Positions 15,842 to 25,630 of a stretch of 40,661 nucleotides of DNA are shown in pieces (the stretch's first letter is position 1; each line of letters opens with the position of its first letter). The stretch is taken from assembly GCA_002354005.1 (NCBI GenBank), contig DEKS01000148.1:1-40661 (forward strand). The letters run 5' to 3'. Source of the DNA: Bacteroidales bacterium UBA2716. GTDB taxonomy: Bacteria > Bacteroidota > Bacteroidia > Bacteroidales > UBA932. The notes under the pieces were generated by a model. It saw only the letters and a list, made by a program, of their open reading frames with translations, was not told the origin of the DNA and did no database searches. The position numbers were made by a program, and so were the translations under genes.

Positions 15842-17437
15842 TTATTGAGCTGTATTGAAGGTAAGGCTGTAATTCAGCGTTGCAGTTACAGTCTTGTCTG
15901 CGGCAGTAAAGCTGACTACAATTTTGTAATTGTTGATGGTCTTGCCGTTTACGCCGGCCATATCAGAATCATAGAAGCCACAGGTGGTAGTAAAATCATC
16001 ATAGAATTCTACATAGTAGCTGCGTGCATTTGCTGCGCCCTCTTCCTCACTTACTTTATCTCCGAAGTTAATGGATTTACCATTGACATCGAACCAGTTT
16101 CCGAATAAGCCACCTGCGGTAGGAGTAACTTCTTCTTCTCCGACGTAAGCTTTCGCTGTAAGTTGACCGGAAAGGGCGGCGCTGCCAACTTGGTCCGCGG
16201 TAATCTGGAAGGCGTCCAGAATTGCTTCACTTGCGTCGTAGCTGGCTCCTTCTGTGGTTACAGTCATGGTAACAGGAATGACAACATCTTTCATTTTGGC
16301 AGCGTCAATAGGCTCAACTTCGCTTACGCCTTCAAATTGGGAATCGAAAGCGAATGTTGCAACGGCCTTGCCTCCTGTGTAGGTGAAGGTGAGCTCGAGT
16401 TTGAGGTTGTCAACCTTCTTTCCTGCAACAGCTGCGTAGTCGTTATAACCAACGCGGAGAATAAGGTCCGTGCCCAACTCAAAGTAGTAGGCATAGCCTT
16501 CGGAGCCCCAGGTGCAAACCTGCAGATCGCCGTTGAACCATGCTCCGGCGATACCGGCTGCGGTGTTGTCAACTTCTTCATTATTGATATAATTTTTGCC
16601 TACGATGGCGCCAGTGCCACAAGCAATGCCAAAGTCTTCGGCGGAAAGCTTGAATGCATCAAGAACCTGTTCGGAGAAGTCAATCTCAGCACCGGCTGCA
16701 GTGAAGGTTTCCTTCACCGGGATTTCGATGTCCTTGGTCGCACCGCTGGGCTCAATGGCTCCGGCATCAACAATCTTGATGTTCCATTCTACATAGTAGT
16801 AACGTTCTACATCGTCATCATCGGTAATGAAGAATACTTCCGTAGCTTTGTATACATCGCCTACTTTACCGTCAAAACCTCCGTCAAGGAAGCCGATATT
16901 GTAGGTCCACATGGCATCAAGTGTCTCTGCATCCGGAGAATCAGCACCCCAGTCAACAACACTTTCGGTGTAGAAAAGTTTGTCGCCCGCTTCATCGCTC
17001 CAGTACGTCATACGGCCGGTTTTGCTCCACCAGTGACCATAATTGGCAGAAGTTTTGGGAATCCATTTCATGTTGTCATGGTTATTCTCGTCGGCAACAC
17101 CAAACATCATGGTGTTGTCCTTCTGGGCAGAAATACCGGTGGCGCCGGCATCGTCATCGCAATACCCCATGGCTTTGTAGAACTCTTCTGCGGTCATGTC
17201 GAAGAAATCAAGGATGTCGTCGCCAGGCATCTCCGCTGCGTGGGCAGCCCATTTACTGGTTTCCACGCCGTTGATCATTTCTACAGTTACTACAGTGGTC
17301 TTCTCAACGAAGCCTTCCTCAACGGGATCGGGATTCTCATTGCCGTTGCCGCCGTTGTCCACGGGGATGACGGGCTTTTTCTCACAGGCAGCGAGGGTGA
17401 GGGCTGCGGCTGCAATAAACAAGAATACTTTTTTCAT
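15842..17437 (-). CDS. SusE-positioned surface binding lipoprotein with three DUF4859-like repeats
   Basis: Lipobox TLAAC; very acidic; three repeats (ILDFFDMTAEEF..GHWW, VLDAFKLSAEDF..GAWF, ILDAFQITADQV..GNWF); immediately after SusD. Confidence 0.7.
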   Translation of the reverse strand: MKKVFLFIAAAALTLAACEKKPVIPVDNGGNGNENPDPVEEGFVEKTTVVTVEMINGVETSKWAAHAAEMPGDDILDFFDMTAEEFYKAMGYCDDDAGATGISAQKDNTMMFGVADENNHDNMKWIPKTSANYGHWWSKTGRMTYWSDEAGDKLFYTESVVDWGADSPDAETLDAMWTYNIGFLDGGFDGKVGDVYKATEVFFITDDDDVERYYYVEWNIKIVDAGAIEPSGATKDIEIPVKETFTAAGAEIDFSEQVLDAFKLSAEDFGIACGTGAIVGKNYINNEEVDNTAAGIAGAWFNGDLQVCTWGSEGYAYYFELGTDLILRVGYNDYAAVAGKKVDNLKLELTFTYTGGKAVATFAFDSQFEGVSEVEPIDAAKMKDVVIPVTMTVTTEGASYDASEAILDAFQITADQVGSAALSGQLTAKAYVGEEEVTPTAGGLFGNWFDVNGKSINFGDKVSEEEGAANARSYYVEFYDDFTTTCGFYDSDMAGVNGKTINNYKIVVSFTAADKTVTATLNYSLTFNTAQ

Positions 17438-17484
17438 TGTGTAAATAAATTAATTGGTGTTTGTATTTCGTGTTCTATAAGCGA

Positions 17485-19425
17485 CTAGTCGCCAGGCTGA
17501 TCGGTAGTGGATGCGTCGGAGAAGCCGTAGTTCTGGACCAGCTTGATGTTGGACTGGATGAATTCCGTGTAAATGGGGAATACATTGTTGTGCCAGTCGC
17601 CCACGTCCATCTTTTTCTTGCGGCAGAACCAGGTTTTTCCGTTGTACACGTTGCGGCCGTCGGAGCACATGAAGCGCTGCAGGTCCTGGCGGCGGTGGTG
17701 TTCACCCACGAACTCCCAGGCCAGGTCATCCAGGAGACCGCCCAACTCGATGCTGGCGCTGTTGTCCTTGGTGTATTCCGTGAAGGAGGATGCGAGCACA
17801 TTGCCATTGGCGTCGTACTTGAAGTCGGCGTACGGGTTGGCGGAGGTGGAGGTGGTGCATTCACGCACGCCGTAGTCATACACGGAGTCTCCGCGGAGCT
17901 GTGCGGCGGTACGGGTGGCCTTGGCCGGATTGTCCTTGAAGGCGCGCTGGCGCACCATGGTTACCCAATTGGCGGCATCGGCATCGCTCTTGCCGTCAAT
18001 GCCACCGGCGCGGAGCACGGTCTCGGCCATGATGAAGTAGGCGTCCGACAGGCGGTAGAAGCACACGTCGTCACCATAGGTGCCGCGGTTACCGGGCACA
18101 ATTTCCTGTCTCTTGAAGCGGGCGCCTTCAAAGTCGTAAGCTCCGGGATTGTTGATGGAGTGGACTTCTACGGTGTAGATGAGCGGGTAGTTGCCGGCGG
18201 CGTGGTTGTGCGTCTTGTGCTTGGGCTCGGCGGAAATCATGGCGGCGGTAAGCATGTCGGGACCGTCGTCGGAACGTTTCTGCTCTTCCTCGTAGATGGG
18301 GAAGCCCGGGTCGTCATAATAATACTGCTGGCCAATGGCCCAGGTGTCCGTGAGACGGGTGTCGTCCGGGTCATAGCTGTGGATGAACTGCGGCACGGCG
18401 CAGGAACCGTTCCAAGGGGTTCCGCTGTAGCCGAAGGCGGCGCCGCCGCGGCCCACGAAGCACTTGTTTACCAGGTAGTTGTGGCTGGCCTTGGCACCGT
18501 CCAGCGGAAGGACAAAGATGACTTCCTTGGCGCCGTTCAGGTTGTTGCGGCTGTTGTCCAGATAGTTGTCGGCCAAGCTGTAACCGCCTTCGTCAACAAC
18601 CATCTTGGCATATTCGTAAGCCTTCTTGTACCACTTGTTGCCGTTCTGGGCGTTGGTCTGGAAGAACTCGCTGTCCCAGTTGCGGTTGTTGCGGGCGTGT
18701 TCCGACATCACCAGATTGGTGGCGGCATCTTTCTCGAAGCCGCGCAGCCAGCTGTCGTGCATGAGGAAGGTCTTGGCGGCCAGCATGCAGGCGGCGTACT
18801 TGTTCATACGGCCGTACAGCTTGGTAGTGGGCATGTCGGGAATGCACTCTTCCACTTCTTTGGCCAGGAAGTCCCATACGTGTTCCGGAGCCACCTGCTC
18901 GGGCAGGTAACCGGGGGTAAGGGTGGCTTCATAGCTGATTTCCAGCGGAATGTTGCGCCACAGGTCAAAGAGCACGAAGTAGTACAGGGCGCGCAGGGCG
19001 CGAACCTCTGCATAGGCTTCCTTGTTGTCCTTGATGGCCTGGGTCTCAAGCAGCTGGTTGGCTTTCATGATACCGTTGTAGCAGTAGTTCCACTCCTGCC
19101 AGAGGTGCGGAATACCGGCATAAGGGTCGTTCTGGTGCAGGTTGATGTATTGGGCGCCCCAGCCGCCGTAGGTGCGGTAGGGAGTCATGATGAGGTCCGA
19201 GCTTTCTTCGTTGATGTCGAAGTAGCCTTCCCAAGCCCAGTACATGAAACGGAGCTGTACATACAGGTTGCCCAGCATGTCCGCGGTTTCGTCTTCCGTT
19301 CCGGAAAGGTTAGCCGGGGAAAGGGAAGAGTAAACGTGCTCTGTAAGGTCCGTACAGGAGGGAGCAGCTCCGAGGATGGCGGCAGCAGCAAAAGTGCTGG
19401 CAATGATTTTGGTAATGGTTTTCAT
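17485..19425 (-). CDS. SusD/RagB-family nutrient-binding lipoprotein
   Basis: Lipobox AAPSC, AEVRALRALYYFVLFDLWRNIP, GRMNKYAA, YRLSDAYFIMAE, LAWEFVGEHHRRQDLQRF. Confidence 0.93.
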   Translation of the reverse strand: MKTITKIIASTFAAAAILGAAPSCTDLTEHVYSSLSPANLSGTEDETADMLGNLYVQLRFMYWAWEGYFDINEESSDLIMTPYRTYGGWGAQYINLHQNDPYAGIPHLWQEWNYCYNGIMKANQLLETQAIKDNKEAYAEVRALRALYYFVLFDLWRNIPLEISYEATLTPGYLPEQVAPEHVWDFLAKEVEECIPDMPTTKLYGRMNKYAACMLAAKTFLMHDSWLRGFEKDAATNLVMSEHARNNRNWDSEFFQTNAQNGNKWYKKAYEYAKMVVDEGGYSLADNYLDNSRNNLNGAKEVIFVLPLDGAKASHNYLVNKCFVGRGGAAFGYSGTPWNGSCAVPQFIHSYDPDDTRLTDTWAIGQQYYYDDPGFPIYEEEQKRSDDGPDMLTAAMISAEPKHKTHNHAAGNYPLIYTVEVHSINNPGAYDFEGARFKRQEIVPGNRGTYGDDVCFYRLSDAYFIMAETVLRAGGIDGKSDADAANWVTMVRQRAFKDNPAKATRTAAQLRGDSVYDYGVRECTTSTSANPYADFKYDANGNVLASSFTEYTKDNSASIELGGLLDDLAWEFVGEHHRRQDLQRFMCSDGRNVYNGKTWFCRKKKMDVGDWHNNVFPIYTEFIQSNIKLVQNYGFSDASTTDQPGD

Positions 19426-19444
19426 AGATGCTTTCCTCCTTGAA

Positions 19445-22400
19445 TTACTTGTTGCCGAAGGTGAGATTTACGCCCAGGGTGAAGGTACGGATGGTAGGAT
19501 ACTTGTTGCGGTAGTCCACACCGAAGCCGAAACGGTCGCCGGAGGACATTTCCGGGTCGATGCCCTTGTATCCGGTGATGCAGAATACGTTCTCGCCGGA
19601 GAAGAAGATGCGGGCACGGTCCAGGTATTTCACGTTGTCTGTCTTGAAGGTGTAGCCGAAGTTGAGGTTGTCCAGCTTCAGGTAGTCACCGTTCTCCAGG
19701 TAGTAGCTCACGGCCACCGGCTGCTGGGAAGAGGAGAGAACGCCGCCATAAACGGGCTCTACGGCGCTCTGATAACGGTTGAGGCCGATATTCAGGTTCT
19801 CGTAGAACATGCGCTGGCAGTTGAAGATCTTGAAGCCCAGGGCAGAGGAGAAGGCCAGGGTGAGGTCGAAGCCCCTGTAGCGGAAGGTGTTGCTCCAGCC
19901 AAAGTTCACGGCCGGAACACCGGAGCCCAGATACTGGCGGTAGCGGGAGTCATAACTGCGCATGCCATCCACGAACATGGTGGATTCGCCGGTCTCAGGG
20001 TCTTCAATCATCCACATGCCTTTTGCTGAACGGCTGGTGCTCAGTCCGGTGGACTTAAGCATGTAGAAGTCGCCCAGGGCACCGCCTACATAGGTACGCT
20101 GCAGGACCATGGAAGTGGGTTCTTCCGTCCAGGCGCCGTCCAGGTAGTCCTCGGTCTGATACAGGTCATTGGAGAGGGACTCCAGGCGGTTCTTGTTGTG
20201 GGAAACGGTGAGGGTGGTGTTCCACTCGAAGTTGCGGGTACGTACGGGCGTACCGCCCACCATGAGTTCCACACCGGTGTTGGACATGGTGCCCACATTG
20301 GCGGTGGTACTGTTGTACAGGTTCGGGGGTACCGGCACGGAGTAATCCCACAGGAGGTCTACGGTGCGCTTGTGATACACATCCAGGGAACCGTACAGGC
20401 GGCCGTCGAAGAAACCGAAGTCCACACCCACGTTCACCTCATGGGAGGTCTCCCACTTGAGGTTCTTGTTCTCGTTCTGGATAGGCGTGAGGGAAGGACG
20501 CCATACCCCGTCCGGGGTGATGTAGTTGCCGTAGGAGGTGTCATAGTCGTACAGCAACAGCGACATGTAGGAAGCGCTGGGAATAACGCCCGTTTTACCG
20601 TAACCGGCACGGATTTTCAAGTTGTCCAGCCAGCGGACGTCCTTGAGCCAGTCTTCGTTGGAGAGGGTCCAGCCGGCGCTGACGGCAGGGAACAGACCCC
20701 ACTTGTTGTTGGCGGCGAACTTGGAGCAGCCTTCATAGCGCAGGGTAGCCAGCACATTGAAGCGGTTGTCGAAGTTATAGGTGAAACGGCCGAAGAAACC
20801 AATAAGCGTGGCTTCTTCCTTGTGAGAGGAAACGCCGCCGTAGGTTTTCAGGGTATAGGTCTTGTTTTCGCCTTCACCGGATTCCACCAACTCTGCCAGA
20901 CGGCCGGCTTCCAGGGCGTTGTACAGGTAGGCGTCCGTAGGGAATTCGGAGTTGGAAGCGCCAAAGCTGCTGCTGGTGCTGCGCATCCAGCTGTAGCCAA
21001 GCATGCCGCTGATATGGTGCTTGCCCAGTTGGCGGTCGTATTGGGTGGTGAGCTCCAGCAGGTTTTGGGTGAAGTCTCCCTGGCTCTTGCCGGCGCTGCC
21101 GTTGATGCCGCCCCAGCGGTTGCCCTGGTATTTGGCGGTGTTGTAGTATTCGTTCACGGAGTTGTTGCGGCGGGTGCTCAGCTGCAGGTTGGTTTTCCAG
21201 CCGGCGATGGGCTCTACAGTGATGTTACCGGTGAGGCGGGTGGTCTCAATGCGGTAGTCTCCCGTGTGCTCCTTATTATAAGGGATAGGGTTGTAGTAAT
21301 ACAGCGGAGCGGTTTGCTCGTAGTAGTCCTGCGTGGGGTCGTTGTCCACATAGATGGGCGCCGTAGGGTTGCGGATGACCGCCTGGTGGTATATGGTCCA
21401 GCTGTCCTGGTTGTCGCTCTTTGAGAGCGTCTTGAGCATGTTGACGTTAATCTTCAGGATGTCGTTGAACAGGTACTGGGTGAGGTCCACCTGGGCGCGG
21501 AGGTCCTGGCTGTAAGAGCCTTTGATCACACCCTGGTTGTCTTTATAGGTAACGTTGGCGGAATAGGCCATGTGCTTGGTGCCGCCTTCAAGGTTGATGT
21601 TGTGGTTGTGGGCAAAGCCGGGGTGGGAAACCTCGGAGAGCCAGTCCGTATTGTAACCCAGGTCTGCGAACGGGGAATACTTGGCCAGGTAGGTTTGGCC
21701 GCTGCTGTCCGTTCCCAGGTCTTCCAGCATGTGCATGAAGTCCGCATCCATGAATTTCACGCGCTTGGAGAAAGTGGAGACGGAAGCATAGCCGTTGTAG
21801 GAGATGTTGAAGCGCTCTCCCACTTTACCGGCCTTGGTGGTGATGAGAATGACACCGGCGGCACCGCGGGTACCGTAAATGGCGGCTGCGGAAGCATCCT
21901 TCAGGACGGTGATTTCCTCGATGGCCTCGGGAGCCACGGTGGAGAGGGAACCTTCAATGCCGTCCACGAGGACCAGCGGAGTGTAACCGCCCATCAGGGA
22001 GTTCACGCCACGGAGCATGATGGTGGAAGTGGAGTTGGGGTCGCCGTTGCCCTTGGTAACGTTGAGACCGGCCACTTTGCCTTTCACCAGCTGGGCTGCG
22101 TCCCCGATGTTACCGGCAAGGAAGTCCTCGCTTTTTACATTGGCGACGGCTGAGGTGATGTCACCTTTCTTCTGGGTACCGTAACCGATGACCACGGCGT
22201 CTTCCAGGGAGAGGAAGTCCTCCTGGAGGGTCTGGTTGATGACGGTGCGGCCCTGAACGGGTTCATCGGCCTGCAGATAGCCGATGGCGGAGAAGGTAAT
22301 GGTGGCATTGGCACTGATGCCGGTAAGGTGGTACTTACCTTGCTCGTTGGTGATGTCACCGCTGCGGGTACCGGCTACAAGCACGCCTACGCCAATGATG

Positions 22401-22522
22401 GGTTCACCTTTGGCATCGGTCACCGTACCGGTAACGTCGATGGTCCGCTGGGCGAAGGCCTGCGTGCCCACGAGGAGCATCAGACCGGCAGCCAAAGCAG
22501 AACAAATGGATTTGAAGTGCAT
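19445..22522 (-). CDS. SusC/RagA-family TonB-dependent transporter
   Basis: Signal peptide, N-terminal extension domain (VTGTVTDAKGEPIIG), VVIGYGTQKK, plug VLKDASAAAIYGTRGAAGVILITTK, LKWETS, ENGDYLKLDNL, terminal beta strand TFTLGVNLTF. Confidence 0.96.
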   Translation of the reverse strand: MHFKSICSALAAGLMLLVGTQAFAQRTIDVTGTVTDAKGEPIIGVGVLVAGTRSGDITNEQGKYHLTGISANATITFSAIGYLQADEPVQGRTVINQTLQEDFLSLEDAVVIGYGTQKKGDITSAVANVKSEDFLAGNIGDAAQLVKGKVAGLNVTKGNGDPNSTSTIMLRGVNSLMGGYTPLVLVDGIEGSLSTVAPEAIEEITVLKDASAAAIYGTRGAAGVILITTKAGKVGERFNISYNGYASVSTFSKRVKFMDADFMHMLEDLGTDSSGQTYLAKYSPFADLGYNTDWLSEVSHPGFAHNHNINLEGGTKHMAYSANVTYKDNQGVIKGSYSQDLRAQVDLTQYLFNDILKINVNMLKTLSKSDNQDSWTIYHQAVIRNPTAPIYVDNDPTQDYYEQTAPLYYYNPIPYNKEHTGDYRIETTRLTGNITVEPIAGWKTNLQLSTRRNNSVNEYYNTAKYQGNRWGGINGSAGKSQGDFTQNLLELTTQYDRQLGKHHISGMLGYSWMRSTSSSFGASNSEFPTDAYLYNALEAGRLAELVESGEGENKTYTLKTYGGVSSHKEEATLIGFFGRFTYNFDNRFNVLATLRYEGCSKFAANNKWGLFPAVSAGWTLSNEDWLKDVRWLDNLKIRAGYGKTGVIPSASYMSLLLYDYDTSYGNYITPDGVWRPSLTPIQNENKNLKWETSHEVNVGVDFGFFDGRLYGSLDVYHKRTVDLLWDYSVPVPPNLYNSTTANVGTMSNTGVELMVGGTPVRTRNFEWNTTLTVSHNKNRLESLSNDLYQTEDYLDGAWTEEPTSMVLQRTYVGGALGDFYMLKSTGLSTSRSAKGMWMIEDPETGESTMFVDGMRSYDSRYRQYLGSGVPAVNFGWSNTFRYRGFDLTLAFSSALGFKIFNCQRMFYENLNIGLNRYQSAVEPVYGGVLSSSQQPVAVSYYLENGDYLKLDNLNFGYTFKTDNVKYLDRARIFFSGENVFCITGYKGIDPEMSSGDRFGFGVDYRNKYPTIRTFTLGVNLTFGNK

Positions 22523-22569
22523 GGTTATAAAATTTGGTTAATAGTTGTAGGTGCATTTTTATGCAAGGG

Positions 22570-22636
22570 CAAATGTAAATGAAACACATGTTGCCTAATG
22601 AAAGGATAGTCCAAGGTTTTTGGAAAATCGTCCAAA
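22570..22636 (-). promoter_or_regulatory. Activator-dependent susC promoter: TTGGAC direct repeat plus -7 box
   Basis: Minus strand TTTGGACGATTTTCCAAAAACCTTGGAC with half-sites 21 bp apart (22635, 22614); TACATTTG at 22577-22570; no canonical -33. Confidence 0.8.
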
Positions 22637-22637
22637 C

Positions 22638-25517
22638 CTATTCCTCGTTGAATGCAGCCTGTTTTTTGGCCCAGTCGTGGGGCGTCATGCCAAATTGCGC
22701 GGCAAAAACCTTGGAGAAATAGCTGGGAGACGAAAAACCGGTCATGTAACAAATTTCGCCTACCGAATGTTTGCCTTGCGCAAGCAGGTTGGCCGCCGTG
22801 TTCAGCCGAGCCTGCGAGATTAAGTTGTTGGGTGTTTCGCCTGTATACTCCTTCACCTTGGCAAAGAGGCCGGAGCGGGAGATGGCCATTTCTTTGGACA
22901 GGAACGCCACCGACAAGTCCGGGTTTGCCAAGTTCTCGGAAATCAGCCGGTCCAGGCGGGCCATGAATCCCTCCGGACTGACGGCATCGGGGGCGGCGGG
23001 CTCCCCGGCGGCGGGTCCTTCCGCTTTAATCTGCCGCAGGTTGCCCACAATCTGCCGCAGCATCCGCTGGTTCTTGTCAATGGCTGTCAGTTCCGGTGAA
23101 GGCAGGCCGCCTTTCAGTTTCTTTACCTGCAGGCCGATTCCCGTCACGGGCGCCTCCAACTGGTCGGCCAGGTCGGAGAGCATTTGTTTGCGGTCGTCCT
23201 GCTCCTCCCCCTTAATCAGGATTTCCGTCTTGCGCTCTACGTGCTGGGTGATGGCGAGCAAGGCCAGCCATACCATGAGGCCTCCCAGAAGGATGTATAG
23301 GACGATGGCCACGTTGGACAGCAGGGGATGCGGCTTGATTTGGAATTCCAGCACGGCGCCGTCGTTCCACGGGCCGCCGTTGTTGCGCGCTTTGATGTGC
23401 AGCCGGTAATGGCGGGGAGGCAACTGGCTCAGGCTCACCCAGTTCTGGTTGCCCAGCTCCATCCATTGACCGTCGCCACCGTCCAACTTATACATATATT
23501 GCACTTTCTCAGGGACGCTGAAGGTGGGTGCGGCAAAGCCGATGGTCAGGTTGCGCATCCGGAAGGGAAGCCGGATGCCTTTGTCTCCCTGCGAGCGGAA
23601 AACGTCTTCGTTTATGCCTGGTGCCGATGCGTAAAAACGCGTGAAAAGAACATTGGGGACGGGCGGGTTGGCGGGTACGGCTCCGGGATAGAAGGTGACA
23701 AATCCGTTAGCGGCGCCCATATACACGTGTCCGTCCCGGGTGACGAGTCCTGCTCCGGGCATGTACTGCTCTGTGAAAACGCCGTCGTTTTGCTGATAGC
23801 GTTCCAGTCCCAGATTTTCACGCGGGCCATAGCGCAGCAGTGTTTTGGACGATGAAAGCCAGAGCTGGGCGGTGCTGTAAGCGGCAAAGCAGACATCCGT
23901 TTTGGGTAGCAGCACCTGCGGGTCCTCCGGATTCAGTACGGCAAAGCCCCGGCGCGTACTTACGCACAGCGTTCCGTTGGAGAGCATGAGGTGATTGACG
24001 TGGTCGTTGGGGATGATGGAGTTGTAGCTGTTCAGTTCTTCCCAGGAGCCGTCCGTATGCCGGACAAGGATGCCTTTGCCGGTGGTCCCGAACCATAGCG
24101 TCCCGGCGGCGTCTCCCACAATGGCACTCACCCCTTCGCCGATGTTCTTCTCCGGGACAAAGCGGTCTTCTGCGGCATTGTAGCGCCATATATCGGAGGT
24201 GTTGCCCGCCCACAGCGTGCCGTCTCCTGCCAGATAAAAGGCATAGATGCTCAGCGGCTCGTATTCTATTATGGCTTTGGTTTTCAGGTTTACGCGAAGG
24301 GTGCGGGAAGGATAGTTGCCAATCCACAGCCAGTCTCCCTGGCGTAGGAGGGCATGGATGTTCAGGGCGGAAAAACGGGCTTCCCAGGCTTTTGACGGGG
24401 CCCAAGGCGCGGCTTGTCCGCTGGCGGGGTTATAGCGGAAAAGGCCGCCGTTGTCGGAGCCCATCCAGATGCTGCCGTCCGGGTCCTCGCAGAAGCAGCT
24501 CACGGCGTAGTCTTCCTGGGCGTCCGTGAGGTCCGACAAGGAGTGGGACTGGAACAGGCCGTTTCCGGGAGCCACATAGTTGACGCCGCCATAGTAAGTG
24601 CCTATCCACAAGCCGTTTTCGTGGTCCTTTAACAGGGGGTACACAAATTTGTTGGACAGCGTGCGCGGGGTGTTGCGGTCGTTGGTGTACAGGGTGCTTT
24701 CCCCGGTAAACGGGTCCACCTGGAACAGGCCGTCGTCGGAGCCGGCCAGCAGGTTCCGGGAATTCTCCTGTAAAAGCGAATGGATGCGCGTGAGGCCGTT
24801 TTGGGCGGAGACCGCGCAGCAGATGGTGCGGGTGGACGGGTCCAGGCGGTAGATGCCCTTGTCCCAGGTGCCCAGCCAGAGATTTCCCGCACCGTCTTCT
24901 TCCAATGCGCATATGCGCGCGGGCGTACAATTATTATACGTGAAAGAGGGGGGGGTGAAATCTTCCGTAGAGGCGTTGTACAGGTACAGTCCTTCCGGTG
25001 CGGACTGCGCGGCGGCCCACAGCCGGCCGTCTGCGGTAAAGCGGAGGGCTTCGATGCCTTGTCCCGCCAGATAATGGCTCCAGGCTCCTTTCCGGAGACG
25101 GTAAATGCCCTGGTCGAAGGTGCCTAACCACAAAGCGCCTTCACTGTCTTCGGCCATACAGGTGTATGCGGTGTGCGGAGCGCTCTCCACCTTTTGCATG
25201 GACATTCCGTCATAGCGATACAGTCCGTCGTCGGTGCCGGCCCAGAGTGTTTGGGCGGCGTCTTCCCACAGGCAGTTGACATAATTGGCGCCGGCGCCGG
25301 AAAACTCATGGTGGATGACCTCCCGGCCGTCAAAACTGTCCAGACCGTCGGCCGTGCCAATCCAGATCAGTCCCCGGTGATCCTGTATCATGCTGCGAAC
25401 GGTGTTGGACGATAATCCGTCGCTGATGTTCAGGTGCCGGAAACTGTAAGAGGGGCCTGCTACAGCGGTATAGAGGGCTGTAAGTGTCAGGAATAGTGTG
25501 GTTAGTGTCCTTTTCAT
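22638..25517 (-). CDS. HTCS-derived membrane-bound AraC regulator (beta-propeller sensor, Y_Y_Y, TM, degenerate DHp, AraC HTH; no HATPase or REC)
   Basis: Propeller repeats (GLSSNTVRSMIQDHRGLIWIGTADGL), Y_Y_Y (QYMYKLDG..YRLHIKARN), TM, about 90-aa linker, AraC HTH (GFSSPSYFSKVF). Only 959 aa. Confidence 0.88.
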   Translation of the reverse strand: MKRTLTTLFLTLTALYTAVAGPSYSFRHLNISDGLSSNTVRSMIQDHRGLIWIGTADGLDSFDGREVIHHEFSGAGANYVNCLWEDAAQTLWAGTDDGLYRYDGMSMQKVESAPHTAYTCMAEDSEGALWLGTFDQGIYRLRKGAWSHYLAGQGIEALRFTADGRLWAAAQSAPEGLYLYNASTEDFTPPSFTYNNCTPARICALEEDGAGNLWLGTWDKGIYRLDPSTRTICCAVSAQNGLTRIHSLLQENSRNLLAGSDDGLFQVDPFTGESTLYTNDRNTPRTLSNKFVYPLLKDHENGLWIGTYYGGVNYVAPGNGLFQSHSLSDLTDAQEDYAVSCFCEDPDGSIWMGSDNGGLFRYNPASGQAAPWAPSKAWEARFSALNIHALLRQGDWLWIGNYPSRTLRVNLKTKAIIEYEPLSIYAFYLAGDGTLWAGNTSDIWRYNAAEDRFVPEKNIGEGVSAIVGDAAGTLWFGTTGKGILVRHTDGSWEELNSYNSIIPNDHVNHLMLSNGTLCVSTRRGFAVLNPEDPQVLLPKTDVCFAAYSTAQLWLSSSKTLLRYGPRENLGLERYQQNDGVFTEQYMPGAGLVTRDGHVYMGAANGFVTFYPGAVPANPPVPNVLFTRFYASAPGINEDVFRSQGDKGIRLPFRMRNLTIGFAAPTFSVPEKVQYMYKLDGGDGQWMELGNQNWVSLSQLPPRHYRLHIKARNNGGPWNDGAVLEFQIKPHPLLSNVAIVLYILLGGLMVWLALLAITQHVERKTEILIKGEEQDDRKQMLSDLADQLEAPVTGIGLQVKKLKGGLPSPELTAIDKNQRMLRQIVGNLRQIKAEGPAAGEPAAPDAVSPEGFMARLDRLISENLANPDLSVAFLSKEMAISRSGLFAKVKEYTGETPNNLISQARLNTAANLLAQGKHSVGEICYMTGFSSPSYFSKVFAAQFGMTPHDWAKKQAAFNEE

Positions 25518-25524
25518 AACGAGA

Positions 25525-25532
25525 CAAAGATA
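25525..25532 (-). promoter_or_regulatory. Candidate -7 box for the regulator gene (near-leaderless transcript)
   Basis: TATCTTTG on the minus strand, 7 nt upstream of ATG 25517; no clear -33. Confidence 0.45.
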
Positions 25533-25563
25533 GTTGATTTTTTTAACTTTTGTTTCATTTGTC

Positions 25564-25630
25564 TTTGGACGATTTTACAAAACAATTGGATTCTGTTACT
25601 TTTTTTTGCCCGGAAGATTCGGTAAATTTG
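25564..25630 (+). promoter_or_regulatory. Activator-dependent promoter of the right-arm operon: TTGGA(C/T) direct repeat plus -7 box
   Basis: TTTGGACGATTTTACAAAACAATTGGAT with half-sites at 25565 and 25586 (21 bp apart); TAAATTTG at 25623-25630; same geometry as the susC promoter. Confidence 0.8.
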
